A program made the translations under genes and the position numbers. Below, in pieces: positions 20,711 to 29,061 of a DNA stretch of 64,000 nt (positions within the stretch are counted from its first letter, which is position 1; each line of letters starts with the position of its first letter). The DNA is from Burkholderiales bacterium (GTDB lineage Bacteria > Pseudomonadota > Gammaproteobacteria > Burkholderiales > SG8-39): positions 31,251-95,250 of the forward strand of contig DATGDH010000133.1 in NCBI GenBank assembly GCA_035310985.1, in the 5' to 3' direction. Under the pieces are notes generated by a model. The model did no database searches, was not told where the DNA came from, and saw only the letters and a list, made by a program, of their open reading frames with translations.

Positions 20711-21153
20711 CGCGCGGCGCCGGGCCACTGATCGCCATCGCGCTCGCGGCGTGCGCCACGGTCGCGCAGGCACAGGAACTCGGACGCCTGTTCTTCACGC
20801 CCGAGCAGCGTGCGCAACTCGACGAGCGGCGCAAGGCACACGTGCCGGACAAACCCGCCGCCGTGCTGGTCGAGTCGCCGAGTACTCGCCTCGACGGTTA
20901 CGTTAAGCGCTCGCGCGGCGAGTCGACCCTATTCGTCAATGGCGAGGCGATCCCAGAGGGCGTTCAGACCGAGGGTATGCAGGTCGTTCCCGACCGCGCC
21001 AGCGCGGACCGCGCGACGATCGTCACAGGGGAGGGCGGGAAGCGCGTTCGGCTGAAGGTCGGTGAATCCCTCGATCGCGGCACCGGGACGGTGCGCGACG
21101 TCGTCGACGGCGAGGTGCGTGTCGCGCGTCCGAGAGCTAGCGCCGGTCGCTGA
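20707..21153 (+). CDS. Secreted pilus-associated protein (PilP/MshK-like position)
   Basis: Signal peptide ending AQA; ELGRLFFTPEQRAQLD; LKVGE. Confidence 0.55.
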   Translation: MTRGAGPLIAIALAACATVAQAQELGRLFFTPEQRAQLDERRKAHVPDKPAAVLVESPSTRLDGYVKRSRGESTLFVNGEAIPEGVQTEGMQVVPDRASADRATIVTGEGGKRVRLKVGESLDRGTGTVRDVVDGEVRVARPRASAGR

Positions 21154-21172
21154 GCCAGACAGCACTCCGTCG

Positions 21173-22834
21173 ATGCAGCGGCGCGTCGGTCGAGTAGGTT
21201 CGCAACAGGGCGCGGCGTTACTCGCCCTACTCGCACTCGCCGTGCTCGCGGTCTCCTGGTTCCTACTCGCGGCGCTGCGAGACACAGGCAACTACACGGC
21301 ACGGGCGCGGACGCGCAATGCAGCGGTGATGCAACGCGCCAAGCAGGCGCTCGTCGGTTACATCGTGCGCCAGGCAGCACTGCAGGAAGAAGACAATCCG
21401 GGTCGACTGCCATGCCCAGAGGCGCGCGGCTACATCGGTACCGCGAGCGAGGGCATCGCCGCGGGCAGCTGCACGCTGCCGGCCCTAGGGCGGTTGCCGT
21501 GGCGCACGCTGGGTCTGGATCGGACGCTAGACGCCTTCGGCGAACCGCTGTGGTACGCAGTCTCACCCGGTTGGGCGCTGCCCAAGCCGGGCGCCGAGCT
21601 GTCGATCAACTCCGACACCGAGGGCGGCCTCTCGGTCGATGGGCGAGAAAACGCGGCGGTGGCGCTGATCATCGCCCCTGGACCGGCGCTTGCGGTCGCG
21701 CCCGTCGCGGGATGCGTGGCGCGCACGCAGTCGCGCGGCATCACGCCTCCCGACGTACGCGACTACCTGGAGTGCGCCAACGCCGACGTTCCCACCGACG
21801 CGCGCTTCGCGAGCGCCGGCCCGCTCGGGGCGTTCAACGACCAGGTACTAGCGGTGACCGCGGCCGATCTGCTGCCCGGCCTTGAGGCGGCCATCAAGGT
21901 GCGCATCGAGCGCGACATCGTGCCCGCGCTCAGGCAGGTCTACGCCGGTCCGGAATGGGGGCTACCTGCCGGTCACGTCGCTTTCCCCTATGCTGCACCG
22001 TTCATGGATCCGGGCGCGTCGGATTTTCGTGGAGCGGTGGGTGCCACCCAAGGGCTGCTGCCCTTCAGTGCCGCGCTGGGCTGCGCTGTGCGCAACGACG
22101 CGCGCTGCATCCCCTCGCTCACCGGCTGGGATGCGCGGCGTGCGCCGGACGTCGTGCAAATCGGCGGCAGTGGGCGACTGCGCAACGCGCAATGCGGATT
22201 CGCGGCGGACGCAAGCGCCTGGTGCCGCGGAACTTACTCGGGCGCGCCGCGGCTGCGCCTGAGCGCGACCCAGCATGGCGTCGCGCTGGCCCTGCGCAAA
22301 TTCGACCCGCAAAACGCGACGGTCTATTACTATTCGGCGACGGGCCGCGTGCCGGTGGCCGGAACGCTGAGCGGGCGCCTCGCGGCGGATGCTTCCGCTC
22401 GCGTCGAGCTGTCCAGCAGCCTGCCGGACCTGGGCAGCGAAACCGACTTCTATATGACTATGGGTCAAGACGTGCTCGCCGACCATCCGCTGCTCGACCG
22501 CAACAATCCGACGAGCGGATGGTTCGTACGCAATGAATGGTTTCGCCTCGTGTACTACGCCTTTGCGCCGCGGCTCGCGCCTGGCGGCGCGGGGCAGTGC
22601 AGCGCCTCTGAACCAGTGACCTGCCTGCAGGTCGAGAATCTCGAGCCGCGTGCTGCGCAGCGTGCGATTCTGGTGCTGGCGGGCCGTAGTCTGCGCGGCG
22701 CAGCGCGTCCGAACGACTCGCTCGCGGACTATCTCGAGGACGAGGAAAACCGCGACGGCGATGGCCGCTTCGTGCAACGAATTGCGGGCGCGACGTTCAA
22801 CGATCGATTCATCGCATTGGACGTGGAGCCGTGA
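21173..22834 (+). CDS. Large PilX/GspK-like minor pilin (no E5), Cys-rich
   Basis: SQQG|AALLALLALAVLAVSWFL class III-like leader; GRLPCP, GRLPWRTLGL, WYAVS, FND motifs. Confidence 0.7.
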   Translation: MQRRVGRVGSQQGAALLALLALAVLAVSWFLLAALRDTGNYTARARTRNAAVMQRAKQALVGYIVRQAALQEEDNPGRLPCPEARGYIGTASEGIAAGSCTLPALGRLPWRTLGLDRTLDAFGEPLWYAVSPGWALPKPGAELSINSDTEGGLSVDGRENAAVALIIAPGPALAVAPVAGCVARTQSRGITPPDVRDYLECANADVPTDARFASAGPLGAFNDQVLAVTAADLLPGLEAAIKVRIERDIVPALRQVYAGPEWGLPAGHVAFPYAAPFMDPGASDFRGAVGATQGLLPFSAALGCAVRNDARCIPSLTGWDARRAPDVVQIGGSGRLRNAQCGFAADASAWCRGTYSGAPRLRLSATQHGVALALRKFDPQNATVYYYSATGRVPVAGTLSGRLAADASARVELSSSLPDLGSETDFYMTMGQDVLADHPLLDRNNPTSGWFVRNEWFRLVYYAFAPRLAPGGAGQCSASEPVTCLQVENLEPRAAQRAILVLAGRSLRGAARPNDSLADYLEDEENRDGDGRFVQRIAGATFNDRFIALDVEP

Positions 22835-23622
22835 ATATGCACGGCGTCGCGTCGGCACGCATCCAGAGCGGCTTCTCGCTGGTTGAAGTCGCGGTCGTGC
22901 TTGCTATCGTCGGTCTGCTTCTCGGCAGCGCGATGTATACGCTTTCCGCCCAGCTCGAGCAGCGCGACGAGACGCGCACCACGCGCTTCCTGGACGAGGC
23001 GCGCGAGCTGCTGCTCGCATTCGCCATCGTCAACGGCCGTCTGCCCTGCCCGGCGCGCGACACGAGCGGCGGCGACGAGCTGCGCGACGATGCGGGCGTG
23101 TGCAGGGATGCGGCAGGAAACGACGAGTACTACCGCGGACTGTTGCCGGCGCGCGCGCTCGGTCTGCAGGAAGTCGACGCCCAGGGTTTCGCGCGTGACG
23201 CCTGGGGCAACCGAATCCGCTATGCCGTGGCGAAATCGGTGATCGGCTGCGCGCGCGCGCCGAAGCTGCCGCACTTCACTTCGGCAACCAACCTCAAGGG
23301 CAACGGCATTACCTGCCAGCCCGCTGACCTGCTGATCTGCAGATCGGCCGCGGGGATCAATCCGGCGAGCTGCGGCCGTGCGGGCAACTCGCTCACCAAT
23401 CAAAACCTGGTGGTCGCGGTGCTGCTCTCGCCGGGCAAGAGCGCGGCGCTTGGACGCAGCGGCGGCCCCGACGACGCGGCAAACGCGGATGGCGACGCGG
23501 TATTCGTGGCGCACGCGCCGGCGCCCGCCGGCGCCGTCGGCGGCGAGTTCGACGACCGCCTGACCTGGATCACCGTCGGCGAGCTTTACGGGCGCATGGT
23601 GGCCGCGGGGCTGCTGCCGTGA
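22831..23622 (+). CDS. Minor pilin/pseudopilin with N-methyl-Phe leader
   Basis: QSG|FSLVEVAVVLAIVGLLLG; GRLPCPA, DAWGNRIRYAV, FDDRLTWI. Confidence 0.88.
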   Translation: MNMHGVASARIQSGFSLVEVAVVLAIVGLLLGSAMYTLSAQLEQRDETRTTRFLDEARELLLAFAIVNGRLPCPARDTSGGDELRDDAGVCRDAAGNDEYYRGLLPARALGLQEVDAQGFARDAWGNRIRYAVAKSVIGCARAPKLPHFTSATNLKGNGITCQPADLLICRSAAGINPASCGRAGNSLTNQNLVVAVLLSPGKSAALGRSGGPDDAANADGDAVFVAHAPAPAGAVGGEFDDRLTWITVGELYGRMVAAGLLP

Positions 23623-24914
23623 CCGCTCGCGTGACGCCTTCGGTTCTGCTGCGCCGGCTCGGCACCGCCGGGGTACTGCCGACCGACTCGGAGGAAATCC
23701 AGCTCAAGAAGCACGTGCTGCTCTTCTCCTGCGGCCTGATGATCGGCGGCTCGGCGATCTGGCTCGGACTTTACCATCTGCTCGGACTGCCCCTCTCGGC
23801 CACATTGCCGTTCAGCGTCGAAGTGATCTCGCTCTGCACGCTGTTCGTTTACTTGTGGACTCTGAACTTCAAGTTCTTCCGTGTCGCCCAGCTTTCGCTC
23901 TGGCTCTTCGTGCCTTTCGTAGTGCAGTGGGCGATGGGGGATTTCGTATCGGCGAGCGGCATGATCCTCTGGGGCCTGCTTGCTCCGGTCGGCGCCGCGC
24001 TTCTGCTGTCGGCGCGCGAGTCGCTGCCTTGGATGGTCGCATACGTCGTGCTGACAGTCGCCACCGGCTACGTGGACCACGAGCTGGCGGGCGCGTCGGG
24101 CTCGCGGCTGCAGGTGCCGGTGAGGACTATCGTCGTGTTCTTTGCCCTGAATTTCGCCACCGTGTGCGCGATGGTGTACTGGCTGCTGAGCTTCGCCTTT
24201 ACTGAGCGCGAGCGGTCGCGCGCACGACTGCAGGACGCGCACGCGCGCCTGCAGGAGGAGCAGGAGCGCTCCGAGCGCCTGCTGCTCAACATACTGCCCG
24301 CGCCGATCGCCGAGCGGCTCAAGAAATCGGAAGCGGCGATCGCCGACGGCTACGCGGACGTGACCGTGATGTTTGCCGACATCGTCAATTTCACGCGCCT
24401 GGCCGAAGACATGACACCTCGCCAGGTGTTTGCCCTGCTGAACCGCATGTTCTCCGAGTTCGACGCGCTCGCCGGGCGCTTCGGCCTGGAGAAGATCAAG
24501 ACAATCGGCGACGCGTACATGGTCGCCGGTGGACTCAATCAGGGCAATGCCGAATACAGCGGGGCCATCGCGGAGCTCGCGCTCGAGATCCGCGACCTCG
24601 TGGCGCGCGAGTTCCACGTCGACGGCGTGCCGCTCGCGTTGCGCATCGGAATCGGTACCGGGCCGGTGGTGGCCGGCGTGGTCGGCAAGAAGAAGTTCAT
24701 CTACGACCTGTGGGGAGATACCGTCAACATCGCCAGTCGCATAACGACCGAAGGCGTGCCAGGCATGATCCAGGTCGACCAGGCCACCTACAGGCGGTTG
24801 CGCGACAAATTCGAGTTTCTCGAGCCGCAGACCATCTATCTCAAGGGCAAGGGCGACACGACCGTCTACCGCATGATCGGGCGGCGTGCGGACAAGCAGC
24901 GCGAAGCAGTCTAG
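23619..24914 (+). CDS. Membrane-bound class III adenylate cyclase
   Basis: About 6 TM segments, coiled coil, LLNILP, FADIVNFT, EKIKTIGDAYM, YDLWGDTVNIASR; the K and D residues indicate ATP specificity. Confidence 0.9.
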   Translation: MTARVTPSVLLRRLGTAGVLPTDSEEIQLKKHVLLFSCGLMIGGSAIWLGLYHLLGLPLSATLPFSVEVISLCTLFVYLWTLNFKFFRVAQLSLWLFVPFVVQWAMGDFVSASGMILWGLLAPVGAALLLSARESLPWMVAYVVLTVATGYVDHELAGASGSRLQVPVRTIVVFFALNFATVCAMVYWLLSFAFTERERSRARLQDAHARLQEEQERSERLLLNILPAPIAERLKKSEAAIADGYADVTVMFADIVNFTRLAEDMTPRQVFALLNRMFSEFDALAGRFGLEKIKTIGDAYMVAGGLNQGNAEYSGAIAELALEIRDLVAREFHVDGVPLALRIGIGTGPVVAGVVGKKKFIYDLWGDTVNIASRITTEGVPGMIQVDQATYRRLRDKFEFLEPQTIYLKGKGDTTVYRMIGRRADKQREAV

Positions 24915-26629
24915 GACGCTGCCGCAGGGCCGGCGAGCGCGAAGCAAACCTCACCGTCCCGATTGCTGCGCAGCGCGAGCTCGAAACCCGCCGCCTCCGC
25001 CTGGCGTGCGGCCTGGTAGAGACCGATCCCGAGCCCCGCGCGCGAATCGACCGGCGCCTGCAGCAGCTTGGGCGCAACCTCGGGCGGCACCGCGTGCCCG
25101 CTGTCGCACACCCTGAGCTCGATGCGGTCCGCGCCGCATTCTAGCGCCACGCGCACGCGCACCGTGCCGTCTTCGCGGCGCTTGGCCAGCGCGTTTTGCA
25201 GCAGATTGTCGGCCACGCTGCCGAACAGCGTGCGTGGCACCTGCAGGCCCGCGCGCAGCCCGCGCACCGCGAATTCGACCCCGTGGTCGCGGTACTGGCG
25301 CGAGAGCGCGTCCCACCAGGCCTCCACCTCGGCCGGCTTCTCGCTGTCGGCCTGCGGCCGCTCGAGTTTCTCGAGCGTCTCGCCCAGGCGCTGGGCAACC
25401 GCGGGCAGCTGGCGGCGCACCAGCGCCTGCAGCTCCGGAGAATTCTCGTCCTGCTCGCGCGCGGCCACGGCGCACAGGACGTTCAGCGACTGAAGCAGGT
25501 TCTTCACGTCGTGCGTCATGCGTGCGCCGGTCTCGTGCACCGCCTTGAGGTAGCTCTGCTCCTGGAGTTTCTGCTCGCGCAGCTTTCCCACGTAGAACTC
25601 GGCAAGCAGCTGACCCAGCACGTGCAGGTGCCAGTGCAGGGCCGGCCCCGTGCGGTAGCGGGAGTAGATCGTGAGCGACAGTTCGCGGTTGGCGAATTCG
25701 ACTGCGTACGGACTCTTCGCACCCGCTTCTCCGCTGCCGTGCGCGCCGCGCCAGGTGGCGCCCGCTACCCATTGAAGACGCGCCAGCCCGGCGACTGCCT
25801 CGGCGAGGAAGCGCTCGGGACGGGTTTCGATCTGGGACAGCTCGGCAAGGAAGTACAGCCATTTCTCGATCGGCAGGCCGATCGAAAACAGATAGCGGGA
25901 GACGAACACGCTCAGTCCGGTGAAGCCGGTGCGCGGATCCCAGGCGAGTCCGATCACGAACACCATCGCGGCGATCAGGAAGACCGTGTAGGTGAGCGCC
26001 GGGAGGTAGGCCATGCGGCCGAGCGTCATGAAGGTGAAGCTGCCAAGCGTGACGATGCTCAGCACGAGCATGACGAACAGGCTGTAGAAAAAGTCGATCA
26101 CCTGAGGCGAGTCGACTGGATCGGGCTCGGTCGGGAACAGCAGCGCCGCAAACAACAGCACCGGCAGTCCGTACTCGAACATTGCGCGCACTTCGGCGGT
26201 AACCTCCCGCCGCGGCGCGATCTCCGGCAGGATGATCACCGCGAGCAGCGCGATCAGGTACACCAGCACCACCAGGTAAAACCGGCGTTGCCAGCGCGCG
26301 TGCTGCTGATACACCTTGCCCGCGACGAATCCCGCCAGCATCACCACCCAGAACGCGAGCAGCCACCAGCCTAGCCAAAGCATTACCGCGACCGCCGCAC
26401 CTGCGATCAGCGCCGCCTGCGTCAGGGTCACGCGCTCCTGACCTCGCAGGAACGGCTGCCACAGCAGCAAGAGGCCGAGGTGCGCGAGCAATAGCGCGCG
26501 CGCCCAGTCGTCGGCCACGCCGCGCACCGCCGCCACGTGCAACAGCAGCAGCATCGCGATCACCACAATGCGCCAGTTGCGCCGGCTGAAGCGCGCGACG
26601 GCGTCCGCGATCTGCGCGAACGCCGGCAC
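24911..26629 (-). CDS. Polytopic membrane histidine kinase, PrsK-like H-box
   Basis: Multi-TM N-terminus; H-box MTHDVKNLL, N-box DNLLQNA, DSG, GLGIGL; GTG start 5 nt after GGAG (alternative start 26635). Confidence 0.85.
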   Translation of the reverse strand: MPAFAQIADAVARFSRRNWRIVVIAMLLLLHVAAVRGVADDWARALLLAHLGLLLLWQPFLRGQERVTLTQAALIAGAAVAVMLWLGWWLLAFWVVMLAGFVAGKVYQQHARWQRRFYLVVLVYLIALLAVIILPEIAPRREVTAEVRAMFEYGLPVLLFAALLFPTEPDPVDSPQVIDFFYSLFVMLVLSIVTLGSFTFMTLGRMAYLPALTYTVFLIAAMVFVIGLAWDPRTGFTGLSVFVSRYLFSIGLPIEKWLYFLAELSQIETRPERFLAEAVAGLARLQWVAGATWRGAHGSGEAGAKSPYAVEFANRELSLTIYSRYRTGPALHWHLHVLGQLLAEFYVGKLREQKLQEQSYLKAVHETGARMTHDVKNLLQSLNVLCAVAAREQDENSPELQALVRRQLPAVAQRLGETLEKLERPQADSEKPAEVEAWWDALSRQYRDHGVEFAVRGLRAGLQVPRTLFGSVADNLLQNALAKRREDGTVRVRVALECGADRIELRVCDSGHAVPPEVAPKLLQAPVDSRAGLGIGLYQAARQAEAAGFELALRSNRDGEVCFALAGPAAAS

Positions 26630-26706
26630 GCTCACTCCGTCAGCTTGCACGGCCCGCCCCCGCCCGCTAGCCTTCGTTGTCGAATGTCCACAGCTCGATT
26701 CTAGCC

Positions 26707-27471
26707 ATGCCGGCGGTCGCCATCCTCGCACGCTTCGTACTTCTTGAAGCACGCCGCAGCGGCCTTCCCTGGCTGGTCGCGGCAAGCCTGGCGGCCGCGC
26801 TTGGCTTGGCGGCGTTCGTCTCGCAGGTCGCGCTCACCGAGAGCATTGCACTGCAGGCAGCCTTCTCCGCAGCGCTGCTGCGCGCCTGTGCGGTAGTTCT
26901 CGTCGCGTTACATGTCGCGGCCAGCACGGTGCGCGAAGCGAATGACAAGGGGCTGGAGCTGATGCTGACGCTGCCGATATCGCGCAGCGCCCAGTACGCC
27001 GGGCGCCTGGCCGGCTACGTCGCCCTGGGCGTGGTGATCTCGGCGTGCTTCGCACTGCCGTTGTTGCTCTGGAGCCCGCCAGCCCCGGTCGAGCTGTGGG
27101 CCGCGTCCCTGGCGCTGGAAACAGCAATGGTCGCGGCCGCGGCGCTGTTCTTCTCCATGGCACTGGTTCAGCCGGTGCCCGCCTTCGCTGCGACTGCAGG
27201 GCTCTACCTCCTCGCCCGGGCCATCGGCGCGGTTCAGTCGATCGCGGCGAGTCCGCTCGCGGAACCGACGCTCGCGCACCGCCTGGCGCGGTGGAGCATC
27301 GATGTGGTGGCGCTGCTGCTGCCGCGGCTAGATGCCGCCACGCGCACCGACTGGCTGATCTACGGCGCTCCGACGGCAAGCGCGTACATAACGGCACTCG
27401 CCGGGCTGGCGCTCTATTCGCTCCTGCTGGTAGCCGCCGGGCTGTTCGACTTTCACCGTCGCAACCTGTGA
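26707..27471 (+). CDS. ABC transporter permease, PilI-like
   Basis: LARFVLLEARR, ELMLTLPISRSAQYAGRLAG, about 6 TM segments, ends FDFHRRNL. Confidence 0.8.
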   Translation: MPAVAILARFVLLEARRSGLPWLVAASLAAALGLAAFVSQVALTESIALQAAFSAALLRACAVVLVALHVAASTVREANDKGLELMLTLPISRSAQYAGRLAGYVALGVVISACFALPLLLWSPPAPVELWAASLALETAMVAAAALFFSMALVQPVPAFAATAGLYLLARAIGAVQSIAASPLAEPTLAHRLARWSIDVVALLLPRLDAATRTDWLIYGAPTASAYITALAGLALYSLLLVAAGLFDFHRRNL

Positions 27472-28211
27472 GCCGCGACGAGCGCCCCCTGACCGCGGTG
27501 CCAGGCTGGATCTGGCTGGCACTCGCCGCCTGCCTGGCACTCCAACTGGCGTGGGCCGGCATGCGGCCGGGAATGCTCCATCGCGCCGAGGACCTTCCGC
27601 CCGCCCCAAGGCTCGTGGCGCTGCGGTTAGCGAGCCTAGGCGAGCCCGAGGCCTTGGCGCGCCTGGCAATGCTCTACCTCCAAGCGTACGACCTGCGCGG
27701 CGCGAACGACGTTCCATATCAGGACCTGGACTACCAGCGGCTCGTCGCGTGGCTAGGCGTGGTTCTCGCGCTGGACCCCAAGAGCGAGTACCCGCTTTTC
27801 TCAGCCGCACGCGTATACGCAGAGGTCCCTGATCCTGCAAAAGCCGGAGTCGTGCTCGACTTTATTTACCGGGAGTACCTGAAGGACCCCAATCATCGTT
27901 GGCAGTGGCTCGCGCAAGCCGCCCTCGTCGCCAAGCACCGCCTACACGATCTTCCGCTCGCCCTGCGATATGCGGACGCCATCGACCGGTACACGACTGC
28001 ATCCGACGTGCCGCTTTGGGCAAAGCAAATGCGCATCTTCATCCTCGAAGACATGAACGAGCTGCAGGCCGCGAAGGTGATTCTCGGTGGCTTGCTTGCG
28101 AGCGGCGCCATCAGAGACCCGGCCGAGCGGCGCTTCCTCGAGCGCCACCTGGAGGGCCTGGAAGCGCGGCAGGTAGGGCAGGCGAACGGAGGAAAAATGT
28201 CACGCCCGTGA
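27468..28211 (+). CDS. PilG/XapA-like membrane-anchored helical protein
   Basis: GTGA overlap; N-terminal TM, LYLQAYD, LALDPKSEYP, TPR-like helices; lies between the permease and the pilin. Confidence 0.55.
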   Translation: MSRDERPLTAVPGWIWLALAACLALQLAWAGMRPGMLHRAEDLPPAPRLVALRLASLGEPEALARLAMLYLQAYDLRGANDVPYQDLDYQRLVAWLGVVLALDPKSEYPLFSAARVYAEVPDPAKAGVVLDFIYREYLKDPNHRWQWLAQAALVAKHRLHDLPLALRYADAIDRYTTASDVPLWAKQMRIFILEDMNELQAAKVILGGLLASGAIRDPAERRFLERHLEGLEARQVGQANGGKMSRP

Positions 28212-28233
28212 CGAACCTGTCGAAAGCTCGACG
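28198..28233 (+). promoter_or_regulatory. Two palindromic enhancer (UAS) sites TGTC-N8-GACG, 20 bp apart
   Basis: TGTCACGCCCGTGACG (28198-28213) and TGTCGAAAGCTCGACG (28218-28233); each has perfect 5-bp arms and a 4-nt spacer. Confidence 0.7.
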
Positions 28234-28256
28234 TTTCACTTGCATGCTTTCGTCCG

Positions 28257-28269
28257 TAACTCATTGAAA
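28257..28269 (-). promoter_or_regulatory. IHF-like binding site
   Basis: TTTCAATGAGTTA versus WATCAANNNNTTR, one mismatch; located between the UAS and the sigma54 promoter. Confidence 0.55.
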
Positions 28270-28286
28270 ATACAACTACATCTAGC

Positions 28287-28302
28287 GGGCACGGGCTTTG
28301 CA
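28287..28302 (+). promoter_or_regulatory. Sigma54 (-24/-12) promoter of the major pilin
   Basis: GG-CAC-GGGCT-TT-GC-A matches GGCAC-N5-TTGC; about 40 nt upstream of the pilin ATG. Confidence 0.88.
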
Positions 28303-28341
28303 TAACACTGAATACCCAGTTCCAATTTAGGGGGTAGAACC

Positions 28342-28998
28342 ATGAAAGCAATGCAGAAAGGCTTCACGCTTGTCGAGATCGCGATCGTTCTGGTCATCAT
28401 CGGCCTGTTGCTCGGCGGCATCCTCAAGGGTCAGGAGATGATCACGCAGGCGAAGATCAAAAACGTGATCGCCGACTTCTCCGGGATCTCGGCCGCGTAT
28501 CACGGCTACCAGGACCGCTATCGCGCGATTCCCGGGGACGACAAGGGCGCGTCACGCTGGACCGGCATTAGCGCCTTGGGCGACGGCGATGGCCATGTAA
28601 TGGGCCTCTACAACAGCGCGACCGCTACCGACGAGTCGCGTCTATGGTGGGAGGACCTGCGGCGCGCAGGCTTCATTACCGGGACGGGCAACGGCCAGCC
28701 CCTGAACGCGGTAAGCGGCATGATCGGCGTGCAGACCGGCGACGGTGCCGCAGCGCCCGGTCGGGTGCTAAACGGTGCTACGGCCGACGGATTCGCGGGA
28801 CTCATCATCTGCTCGGCGAATCTGCCGGACAAGATTGCGATTGCGATCGACGCGCAGATGGACGACGGCGTGCCGAACGCGGGCACGGTTCGCGCGCAGC
28901 TGCAAGCTGCCCTCAACCCGGCGATCGGCACGACGGCGGATACGGCCTACGCGGAAACCGGGAACAACAGCTACACGGTCTGCCGCTCGCTCAACTAA
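28342..28998 (+). CDS. Type IV prepilin, probable major pilin
   Basis: MKAMQKG|FTLVEIAIVLVIIGLLLGGILKGQEMI; E5 present; two Cys in the C-terminal half; has its own promoter and terminator. Confidence 0.92.
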   Translation: MKAMQKGFTLVEIAIVLVIIGLLLGGILKGQEMITQAKIKNVIADFSGISAAYHGYQDRYRAIPGDDKGASRWTGISALGDGDGHVMGLYNSATATDESRLWWEDLRRAGFITGTGNGQPLNAVSGMIGVQTGDGAAAPGRVLNGATADGFAGLIICSANLPDKIAIAIDAQMDDGVPNAGTVRAQLQAALNPAIGTTADTAYAETGNNSYTVCRSLN

Positions 28999-29021
28999 GC
29001 GGCACTCGCCAAAGGAAGGTC

Positions 29022-29051
29022 AAGGCCGGCGCGAGCCGGCCTTTTCTTTTT
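29022..29051 (+). terminator. Rho-independent terminator
   Basis: AAGGCCGGC-GCGA-GCCGGCCTT stem-loop followed by TTCTTTTT. Confidence 0.9.
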
Positions 29052-29061
29052 AGACGGCGCT

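Noticed and set aside
28342..28998. Conductive e-pilus or cytochrome nanowire interpretation
   Set aside because: The pilin is long and not obviously aromatic-dense, and I saw no CxxCH heme motifs in the cluster.
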